A stretch of DNA of 62,337 bases, taken from positions 81,052,450-81,114,786 of the forward strand of contig NC_068986.1 in the NCBI RefSeq assembly GCF_001194135.2. Reading direction: 5' to 3'. The position numbers were made by a program, and so were the translations under genes. Below are positions 51,711 to 62,337 of the stretch, in pieces. The DNA is from Octopus bimaculoides. Lineage: Eukaryota. The notes under the pieces were generated by a model. The model saw only the letters and a list, made by a program, of their open reading frames with translations. It did no database searches and was not told the DNA's origin. The stretch's first letter is position 1. Each line of letters starts with the position of its first letter.

Positions 51711-54195
51711 CATACACACATGGATACAGATATGTGTGTGTGTGTGTGTGTAATGGATATTAACGTGAGATACATCTACGTATCTATAAAAAGTATATAA
51801 CAGATATAACAGATATACCAGATGTACCAATTGTAACCCAAATATTATATATTCACTGTTGTATCGGTGGACATTTAGCATATACACTGTCCCCATCGAA
51901 TGTATATAAAGCAAGATTTCTTGGGTATATGAACCAGGATGTCTTGTCTATATAGATCGAGATATTTTGAAGTAACCATTTCACTTTAAGGTACTGGCTA
52001 CATCAAAACAGAGACAGTTTAGAAGTAGGGAAATGCGAATCTAACTGAGAATCGAAAGCGTTTATATCGCAAATACACAAATACATATGTACACACAATG
52101 CAAACAAGGACAACAGATATACGCTTGTACACACGCACACACACGAACACACACACACACACGCACGCACACACACACACACGCACACGCATACAGAAAT
52201 ACATATATATATATATATGTACATACATACATACACATACATACATACTAACTCAACAAATACACAACACACCAACATAACACATCACACTTTACACACC
52301 CAACATCGCTACATATACACACGCAGGGAATACATGCCATACACACACACACATACACACACACACACACACACACAGACAGATTATACAGCAGCATCAC
52401 CACCACCACAACCACCTGCACTACCACATGGTCTTGCACCTACCGCACCACAACACGTGATACCCGAGGGTATATGTGTCAACTGACATTTTAAATCGTT
52501 ATACACACATAGTTGCACTTGTGAATATATGAGACGCTGGGTGCAGTCATCTGTGATGCTCCACCTTTCACAATTACACTCGCGCGCGCGTGCGCACTCA
52601 CACGCACAGATACACTGGCACATAAAATGCACACATGTACACGCGCACATATACGCATCATTGACTCACTGAAGGTCAAACGATGACATATACACAAATA
52701 TACATACACATATACACACATACACATATGATTATATTTCCTTTATTGCATTGTTCTAGAGGGCGGAGCAGTGGCAATGACTTTGGTAACCCCGCCATCA
52801 CCACCACCACCACCATGACAGACTGTGTCAGCTGCAGGGAAAACGTGTGTGCAGGAACGGAATTCCAGGGGCTTGAAGTTCTGAGAAAGCAGGATTGAAT
52901 TTAAGGGTAAAAAGAAGTTTGAAAATTAGATACAACATAGACAGCGACACTAACGAGAATACAATCTCTTACGCCTATAAGCGCAGCCTACCCACGAACT
53001 AGGAAAACACATACCTTATGTATATGTGTTCGATATTGTTTATATCTGTCGAGCTGCTTCTAATTTATATTTGAATTTTTTCTTCCGTAGTATGAAACGT
53101 TAGGACATATCACTAGATGGTTCTTACACCATTTTGCATATAGTCACAGACCGGGATTTAGCTTGCATCTGGCCACGTTCGGGTACTCGGTATTGAGAAA
53201 TCATGAAAATGACGAAACATCGATGTCTATCACTCCTGAATGGGACCTGACAGTAGTTATCTCGCTTGTCTATGATTTCCAGGTGCTTTAACACCAGGCA
53301 CATTGATGAGAATATATTCTCTTACGCCTATAAGCGCAGCCTATCCACAAAGTAGCAAAACACATACCTTGTGTATGTATGTTCGATATTGTTTATATTT
53401 ATGTATATATGTATGCACACACACACACACATATGCGTAACACATTTTCGGCTTAACAGATAGTAATGTAGTAGTGTATGCTCCAAATATTTTTTCATTA
53501 TTTTGCTCTGATATTCTGCCTCTGAGCCCAAAACTGTTGAATGGGCCTAAAACGTTAACGTATGGTAGCATAAAATTCATTTTCATTTTCAGAAAATTAC
53601 TGAAATTTAGATTGCTTTTTTCTTTTCTTTTCTGTTTTAGCAAAATTAGTAAATAATCTCTTAACATTTTTTAACTAAAAACATTTATTTTTAAATATCT
53701 TATTTCATTTTCTGCAAATTTAGAATTTACATTTACTTAGTGGTTTTAAGAATAAACAACGATCTTAGTCATGGATATTTTTACATCTTTATGATGCATG
53801 TCTCTGGCTGATTTGAAGGAGTCTTAGCTGCTATTTCTAACAGGTCAAGTAAATATATAAGAGTTCTCACATTTGTGAATATGTGTCAGCATGCAAATAA
53901 ATTTTATGGCAGACGTGAATGTCAAAGCAGGGCTTTATGACAATTTTGTCTATAATATGAACGGAAAACTTCAGTGACTATCTTAGCCAAAACTACCTCA
54001 TACATAAACAAAGTGGAAAATTATAATTTCACTGAATTATATATATTCGCGAAAAGTAAGCTCGTCCTTCTTTTTCTTTTTTTCTTTTTTTGTAATACAT
54101 AAATGTTGTTTAGCAACAAATATTTCAGAGGAAAATAATATATTTAACTGACAAACACCTAAAAAATTAGTAGTTCCAAGCAGAAAAAATTGGAT

Positions 54196-54450
54196 TCATT
54201 GTATCTTAATAGGTTGGCAACAAAATTGACTGAAGGTTTTAGTAAATTTGACGCTATTTTTATTAACTTCTTTCTTCTTCCAGTCTCCTGCCTTTACCTT
54301 TGCCTTTTCATCATACAGTCTATTGTATTTGCGAGTGAAATATTCATGGTTATTGTTTTCGGGAGCGCACGTAGGAAAAGATAATGTTTCCCCGAAAATA
54401 AAATATAAACTATATTTTCCGCAGCATTCAACATGCGAATTCAATGAATA
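54196..54450 (-). pseudogene. Possible decayed hAT (SPIN/GTF2IRD2-like) transposase N-terminal fragment
   Basis: GETLS...HEYFTRKYNRL..EKAKVK..DWKK...FTK resembles the LIC-ETLS...HYETKH..KY..L...K.K...FTK pattern; recalled similarity only. Confidence 0.3.
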
Positions 54451-54812
54451 AATTAAATAAATTTGCTTTTCTTGTCGTTTCTTCATATAAATTGCTTGAA
54501 AAACATTTTCATCTGAGGATAGCGTAGAACAGGCGGACAGCCAGACGGACGAACAGAGAAACACAGTGCTTATGATACTGATTTCAAATTTTAGCACGAG
54601 GCCAATAATTTCGGGGAAGGCTGTGAGTCGAGTACATCGACCCCAGTACTCAACTAGTACTTATTTTATCGGCCCCGAAAGGATGAAAGGCAAAGTCGAC
54701 TTCGGCGGAATTTGAACTCAGATCGGGAAGATGGACAAAATGCTGCTAAGCACTTCACCCGGCGTGCTAACGATTCTGTGTATACATACATACATACATA
54801 CATACATTAACA

Positions 54813-54856
<44 letters not shown>

Positions 54857-54859
<3 letters not shown>

Positions 54860-55744
54860 GGTGTTTCAAAAAATTTGATATCATTTCAAAATCTTATAAC
54901 TTGACCACTTCTTGTTCAAATGGCTTCAAATTTTAACAGCATGTGTAGAAACAAGTCAAAATTTTATGTTTGATGTTTGATATGTTTATCTTTTCAGGTA
55001 TAGAAATGGCATTTACGGGAAGAGAAAAGGCGTTTTGTGTGTTAGAGTATGCTCGAACATAATCGAACAAGACTGTGCAGCGTGCATTTGTGAGAGAGTT
55101 CTCTAAAAAGTCATCAACAGCAATGCAGATTCGGACATGGCACACAAAATTCAAAGAGGAAGACTGTCTGTGCAGGCAAAAAGGACATGGACGACCATTA
55201 ACATCGTAAGAGATGGTCAAACGGATTCGCCAAAAACTCTCGCGAATCCCCAAGACGTCCATAAGAAGAATAAGTTTGGAAACCCAGATTCCTCCAGTGA
55301 CAGATTGGCGTGTCCTCAAGAAACGCTTGCTAATGAAACCCTACAAGCTGCAGCTCGTTCAGGCCATAATGACAGATGACAAGTGAAAGCGCAAAAGTTC
55401 TGTGTTGATATGCAAAAGAAACCTGAAGAAGCCGAGTGTCTTCAGTGATAAGGCCACATTTAATACGAATGGCAAAGTCAGTAAGCATAATGTTCGCATT
55501 TGGAGTAAAGAAAATCCCCATGCCACAGTTGAGCATGAGAGGGACTCACCAAAAGTGAATGTGTTCTGCATCATCTCCAAGAAATCATTCATGGAATCCA
55601 CATACCTTTGAATTTCTCACTCAAATTTGGAGGAATAAATCTCATGCTGCTCAACATTAAGCATGTTTAGTTTCATTTGCTTTGACTATGTAGTTTCTGT
55701 GGTATTTGCATCTCAAATGGCATCAAATTTTTTGAAACACCCTG
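54857..55744 (+). mobile_element. Tc1/mariner (ITm; DUF4817-HTH, rosa/maT-like) internally deleted element
   Basis: Perfect 23-bp TIRs CAGGGTGTTTCAAAAAATTTGAT. Transposase from ATG 55006 (MAFTGREKAFCVLEY...FSDKATFNTNGKVSKHNVRIWSKENPH...DSPKVNVFC) with stops, truncated at ~55600. Right end followed by TA. Confidence 0.93.
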
Positions 55745-55759
55745 TATGTATATATATAT

Positions 55760-55966
55760 GGTGGTTGTCTACTCCTTACACAGAGTTTGACCACCTTCTG
55801 CACCTTCACCTTAGCCCTTTCATGGCGTCTGATGTGGCTTTTTAAACCAGACAGTGTTTTGAAAAAACACCCACACAGATTGCACCTCTGATTTGCACTA
55901 CCAATACCTGCAAGTAAGTTCTGCTGATTGTGGATCCTAACATGTCTTTTAAGACCCCCATTGTGC

Positions 55967-55971
<5 letters not shown>
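55760..55971 (-). mobile_element. RTE-type LINE 3' end with C2H2 zinc finger
   Basis: GLKRHVRIH...[23 protein letters not shown] (C-x2-C-x12-H-x3-H), no TGEKP linker, ends in a TA-rich tail. Confidence 0.65.
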
Positions 55972-56011
<40 letters not shown>

Positions 56012-56108
56012 TGTGTGTGTGTGTATATACATATACAAATATATATATATACATATATATATATGTATATGTATGTATATATGTATATATATATATATAT
56101 ATATACAT

Positions 56109-56146
<38 letters not shown>

Positions 56147-56637
56147 GCATGCAAATATAAATACATGTATATACATATACACACACATACACATATATGC
56201 AGAGAGAGATATTCATATCTTTATGCATATAGAAAATACTTATATGTAGGTGTATGGTATGTACGTGTTTAATTTTACGTTTAGTTACACATAAAATCAT
56301 TCACCATTAAATGAAGGATTATTCAATACGTTAGAGTATCTCATTTATTTTCGCAAGGAAACGAATGCCAGTGACTTCGAAGTTTCTCTGTTCATTGGCT
56401 TCATGTTTGTATATCGTACGTATACGTCTGCATGCGCGCGCACGCATGTGCGAAATACGTATTATCACGGATATTCCCACGTGTTTCACTTTTCCAAAAT
56501 AAACATTAACAATGATTTGCATATGAACATGTTCGTAACCAAAGAGAAACAAAGACGTAGCATATGTGCATGTTTGTAACCAGTTAAGTTTGTTGAAAAG
56601 ATTCTTAGGTGGGTGACTTAGGTTCGAGGTGTGGGTG

Positions 56638-56675
<38 letters not shown>

Positions 56676-57720
56676 TGTGTTGAGTACAGTCTTCGGTTTA
56701 CTGTGCATGACAGGGTATCACATGACTGTGACGTCACGCCTGGCTGACGGCTTGATAACTGCAGCCAACTGGAAAATGGGATAATATTGAACAATGATGT
56801 GACTTTTGTGTATGTGTGTGTGTGTACGTGTGTGTGTGTGTACATATATATGTGTGGTTTTGTGCGTAGGGGTGGACAAATTTTGTGTATATGTGTGTAT
56901 GTGTATGCATCTATTGTGCCTGTATATTACTAATGTATATGGTGGTGTATGCGTGTGTGTGCGCGCGCATGCGTATATGTGCCTAAATTATGCATATTGT
57001 GAATAGAATTGTAAATGAATTTTGTGTTGTGTATGAATGGATGTAGAATGATGACGATGATGATGATGATGACGACGATGACCACCACCACCCCTATGAA
57101 GACAATGACAATGACCACCATGCTGCTGCTGCTAATGATGACGATAACGACGACTTCGATGATCCATTATTATCCTCATTCTCATCATAATCACTGTCAT
57201 CGTCATCATCATCATCATCGTCTTTATCATCATCATCGTCATCATCATCGTTATCATCATGGCTATCATGATCACCGTCGTCGTCGTTTTCGTTGTCGTC
57301 ATCACCAACCACATCATTTGTAGCAAGCTTACCACACTATCCCTCGGCCGTCCCTGTCGACTACAACATTGCCGATAAGTGGGAGCGAACTAACAACACC
57401 CTTCAAGTAGTGTTGAAGGGTGGGAGAGCAATGACACGGTTGACATATGTTCTTCACTTTTATCAATAAGTCTTTCCGGATTGGCTTTATGGATTATCGC
57501 CCTTCTCCGTTTTCATTCTTCTCCTACTCATCTCCCTTCCTCTCTCACCCTCCACTCCTCCTTCTCCTTTATCCTGTATGTTTGTAAAGCTAATCCTCAT
57601 ATATCATATTTTCCTCTCCATAAGTCCACTGAATTTCCGGTCCTTTTCACTGCTGGTAGTGGTGGTAGTGATGGTGGTGGGTGAGGTAACGCATCGCTTG
57701 ATACTCACGTCTAGATTCTT

Positions 57721-57951
57721 ATTTCTTTATTGCCCACAAGGGGTTAAACATAGAGGGGACAAACAACGACAGACAAAGGGATTAAGTCGATTACATCGAC
57801 CCCAGTGCGTAACTAGTACTTTATTTATCGACTCCGAAAGGATGAAAGGCAAAGTCGACCTCGGCGAAATTTGAACTCAGAACGTAACGGCAGACGAAAT
57901 ACCGCTAAGCATTTCGCCCGGCGTGCTAACGATTCTGCCAGCTCGTCGCCT
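57721..57951 (-). mobile_element. Well-preserved copy of the major tRNA-derived SINE (others at ~5770-5965, 29905-30085, 31205-31415, 38975-39090, 40065-40277, 54575-54778, 59833-59975)
   Basis: ggcgacgagctggcagaatcgttagcacgccgggcgaaatgcttagcggt...gagttcaaatttcgccgaggtcgactttgcctttcatcctttcgg on the - strand. Confidence 0.9.
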
Positions 57952-58537
57952 TTTAGATTCTGTCTAGATTTCACGTCTAGATTCTGTCTGGTTTTGAGCC
58001 ATGTTCGTGACTGTATCAATGTGTGTGAGTGTGTGTGACCTGCTAGAAATAGTGAGCAAAACCTCCTAGAATAATACCTATCATCNNNNNNNNNNNNNNN
58101 NNNNNNNNNNNNNNNNNNNNNNNNNNNNNNNNNNNNNNNNNNNNNNNNNNNNNNNNNNNNNNNNNNNNNNNNNNNNNNNNNNNNNNNNNNNNNNNNNNNN
58201 NNNNNNNNNNNNNNNNNNNNNNNNNNNNNNNNNNNNNNNNNNNNNNNNNNNNNNNNNNNNNNNNNNNNNNNNNNNNNNNNNNNNNNNNNNNNNNNNNNNN
58301 NNNNNNNNNNNNNNNNNNNNNNNNNNNNNNNNNNNNNNNNNNNNNNNNNNNNNNNNNNNNNNNNNNNNNNNNNNNNNNNNNNNNNNNNNNNNNNNNNNNN
58401 NNNNNNNNNNNNNNNNNNNNNNNNNNNNNNNNNNNNNNNNNNNNNNNNNNNNNNNNNNNNNNNNNNNNNNNNNNNNNNNNNNNNNNNNNNNNNNNNNNNN
58501 NNNNNNNNNNNNNNNNNNNNNNNNNNNNNNNNNNNNN

Positions 58538-58607
<70 letters not shown>

Positions 58608-58956
58608 ACACACGCAGATATATACTATATGTACATATAGTGGAAGTTAAGATAAACACCAATATAGATATTTATTTCCTACGTACGTTTCACCATTGCA
58701 GTTATTTGAAATTCAGCATTGGATGTTACATGTGCATTTACGACATGCCTAACTGCATTGGATCATCAGGGGAATACTTTTATACTGGTGTTAATCTCAA
58801 TTTCCACTATATAAGCTCTGTATATCATAACTAGTAACACTGCTAAGTACAGTGATCGAGTAACTGTTATAGTGGAAGCTGACTCGATAATGATAATCTA
58901 CGTGGATCTCTAATTCATACAGTAGTAGTCCTACATCGAACTGTTCACACAAGATA

Positions 58957-58998
<42 letters not shown>

Positions 58999-60433
58999 TG
59001 ACCTGAGGATATAATAGAAGACGTCTGCCTCGGATGTCTCGTAGCGGGACTGAACCCAAGACCACATGGTTTGAGAAGCCATCTTCTCAACCACACAGCC
59101 AAGCCTGGGGAGGAGAATTGGTAGAGCCATTACAGTATTGCATAAAACGTCTGACGGCATTTATTCTAACCCTCAGAATTCTGTGTTCAAATCCTGCTGA
59201 AGTCAACTCTGCTTTTCCTCCTTTCGAAGTCGATCAGATCCAGGACAGTCGAAGGATGGAACTCTGAGAACGTCAGATGGATGGAACTCTAAGAACGTGT
59301 GGTGTCTGTTGTGGGTCTCTGTACTCTGACTACAATACCGGTGGCAGTTTATATAAGTCAAAGTTGGGGCTTTTCTCTTGGATAAACATCAGTGTTGTGA
59401 AGATGCAAGGCATGTATGTATAAACAACTGTTAAACTTCCACAAACAGTCATGCTGAGGTCTGCATTTATATGTGAAGCTGCATGATCTGCTTCAATCAA
59501 CGGAGGCCCGGATGCGAAATTTTTTTTCCCCACTAGAGTTCTGGACTCCAGTAAAGTACTCATCTGCATACAGTCAATCAGAGCTCACGTTCACCTTGTG
59601 AAGTTAACAAATGTTGGCATTGAAAATGGCAACCTCCGATTCCATGCGAATCTTGTATTGTGCTCTCATTCAGATGCCAATATCATCGATACTAACACAT
59701 ACGCTTGTTAGCGGTAGGTTTGAATTGCTATAGCAATCAAAGATAATGTTTTGGACGAATATGAAAGTGCGGAAACTGCTTGAAGCTTTTATAAATACAC
59801 TGTTATCAATATTCTGAAAATAGCACTCCACCGAGATTGATTTTGCCTTTCATCCTTTCGGGATCGATAAATTTTAGTACCAGTTGCGTACTGAGGTCGA
59901 TGTAATCGACTGCCCCCCCCCCCAAATAAAAACAAAGATTTTCGGTTGTTGTGCCTTGAGTAGAAAAGAATATTTGTAAACAACATGTTATATCTCCGAT
60001 AATTTTATTTCATGTAAATAAATCTTATTTAGCTGTAATTTTTAGCACACCAGTGTTTAATGCAAATGCGATAATCAGTACGCTACATGCAATAAACACA
60101 TTACAATTTTAAGAGAAAGATTTAGAAGAAGTAGATGAAGGTTCTCCGGTAATTTTCTTTCATGTAAATAAATGTTTGCTAATTTAAAAGAGAAAAACAA
60201 TTAGTTTTAAATCTCTGAGCGAGATGTTGGCAAATAAACTTTAATTTTAAAGATTTATCAAAAAAAATCTTATTTAGCTGTTATTTTTAATACACCTCAG
60301 CCATCTCAATGCTCAATGACAAAAAGAAACAAACATTAACCTAGATGGAGAAGTTGCTGTCTGCCAGTAGAGAGGGAAAGAGTAAAGAATGCACGGTGCT
60401 GACTAGAAAGGAAGAAAGGATAAAGGTGGCTCT

Positions 60434-60506
60434 GCTCTGATTGGTCATATGCAAATGAATTCACTACTGGGATCCGGAACTCTCGTGGGAAAAAAATTTC
60501 GCACCC
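60434..60506 (+). promoter_or_regulatory. Promoter-like motif cluster: inverted CCAAT, octamer, CSL/Su(H) site, E2F-like site
   Basis: CTGATTGG 60437-60444, ATGCAAAT 60449-60456, CGTGGGAA 60484-60491, TTTCGCAC 60497-60504; diverged inverted copy at 59510-59584. Confidence 0.5.
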
Positions 60507-61466
60507 TGGATATCGTTCAAGCTATCCTTCCTTTGCGAAGGCACTGGGCTATGAGTTAAGAGAACTTGGTCTCGGTTTCTAGTAGATCAAGCAAACACAT
60601 ATAATTTCCATTCCTAATTCCGAAAGGCATGAGTGTCACAGATTCTCGTATGACGTTCTATTCCTCTGCATTAATATATGGATTATCGTTTTTAATCTGT
60701 CAGTGGAAAGAAGGGATTTCCAGCTCATACGTTGTCTAACATTATTCAACAGAATCGTGTGAAATGCATTTCATTCCTGATTACATGTTATTGATGTGTG
60801 AATATTGCTTGTGATATTTTCATGAACAGTTTATCTCTTTACCAAGCCCTGTGTGTGTATGTAACAATCTCTATGTATTCTATAAACAACGTACCCTGAT
60901 TGTGTGTAACAAACCCCATGTGTGTGNNNNNNNNNNNNNNNNNNNNNNNNNNNNNNNNNNNNNNNNNNNNNNNNNNNNNNNNNNNNNNNNNNNNNNNNNN
61001 NNNNNNNNNNNNNNNNNNNNNNNNNNNNNNNNNNNNNNNNNNNNNNNNNNNNNNNNNNNNNNNNNNNNNNNNNNNNNNNNNNNNNNNNNNNNNNNNNNNN
61101 NNNNNNNNNNNNNNNNNNNNNNNNNNNNNNNNNNNNNNNNNNNNNNNNNNNNNNNNNNNNNNNNNNNNNNNNNNNNNNNNNNNNNNNNNNNNNNNNNNNN
61201 NNNNNNNNNNNNNNNNNNNNNNNNNNNNNNNNNNNNNNNNNNNNNNNNNNNNNNNNNNNNNNNNNNNNNNNNNNNNNNNNNNNNNNNNNNNNNNNNNNNN
61301 NNNNNNNNNNNNNNNNNNNNNNNNNNNNNNNNNNNNNNNNNNNNNNNNNNNNNNNNNNNNNNNNNNNNNNNNNNNNNNNNNNNNNNNNNNNNNNNNNNNN
61401 NNNNNNNNNNNNNNNNNNNNNNNNNNNNNNNNNNNNNNNNNNNNNNNNNNNNNNNNNNNNNNNNNN

Positions 61467-61515
<49 letters not shown>

Positions 61516-62337
61516 TGTGTGTGAGTGTGAGTGTGTGTGAGTGTGTGTGAGTGTGTGTGTGTGAGTGTGTGTGTGTGTCTGTATGTGTGTGTGAAAGTGT
61601 GTGTGAGTGTGTGTATGAGTGTGTGCGTGAGTGTGTGTGTGTTTGTGTGTTTAGACAATCTCTAAGTAACAACCAATGTTTCAACAATGTGTGTTTGTGT
61701 GTGTTTGCTTGTGTGTGTGTGTGTGTGTGTGTGTGTCTGTGTGTGTGTATGTGTGTGTGTGTGTGTGTGTCTGTGTGTGTGTGTGTGTGCCTGTATCTGT
61801 GTGTGTTTGTGTCTGTGTGCGTGTGTGTGTGGTAAGACACTCCGTATGTTTATGCTTAAATAAACTTTGTAACAGTTTATACTTCGTTTTATTAGTTTTG
61901 AATTGTATAACTCGGGTTCCCCACATTTTCAATGACTTACATGCTAAGGAAGTGTTTGATAAATTTTTGCAACGAGAAGTCAATTTTCTCGTATGTGACT
62001 ATTTGTAATTGAACTACATGCTTAACTATCGGTGAAAAAATTTTACTAAACAACTAATTTTTGATTCAGTATAAAATATAGACGTAAACTAAACAATGAA
62101 AAAAAAACATAGTTAACTGCAAATAGTGAAATCGGCCTCAATTTTGAACATATAATTCAATGACTTCTTTGTTCCTGCTTCTCATTCATGAATTTACTTT
62201 AATATGTAACTTCTTTGCTAAAGTGTCACACAATGGGACTGAACGTGGAACAACGTGGTTGGGAAGCAAGCTTCTCACGATACAGTCACGCCTGCGCCTA
62301 TACATAGCTATGCTAATTATAGAAATATATATATATT

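Noticed and set aside
55760-55971. Member of the octopus C2H2 zinc-finger gene expansion
   Set aside because: One complete finger, no TGEKP linkers, and a 3' tail typical of an RTE LINE end.
56718-56737. E-box plus CRE palindrome GTGACGTCAC
   Set aside because: Isolated short motifs with no linked gene or other support.

Overview
AT-rich, microsatellite-dense eukaryotic genomic DNA with many N gaps. The SINE families and repeat load look like an octopus (coleoid cephalopod) genome; this is inferred from memory of those repeats, not from a search. One spliced gene can be rebuilt by hand on the + strand (exons 18128-18175, 19854-19934, 24347-24469, 29332-29467, 33655-33704, 34659-34873, all phase-compatible). 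It encodes a 5'-incomplete single-pass membrane precursor: RRRR furin-type site, one EGF domain, TM helix, Cys-Cys juxtamembrane motif and a ~90 aa tail. No signal-peptide exon was found. The rest is mostly mobile DNA: tRNA-derived SINEs, R4/Dong-type LINEs in (TAA)n tracts, a Tx1/L1-type LINE in (ATC)n, RTE ends, two Helitron remnants, a Tc1/mariner deletion derivative, hAT and unclassified MITEs, and a Penelope-type foldback with a minimal hammerhead. Best leads: three splice routes that all remove the cytoplasmic tail of the EGF protein; an inverted duplicated CCAAT/octamer/CSL/E2F promoter-like module (59.5/60.4 kb); a STAT/kB-motif minisatellite between direct repeats (38 kb); and long intronic hairpins. 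Almost all ORFs in the supplied track are microsatellite or N-gap artefacts. All alignments and coordinates were done by eye.
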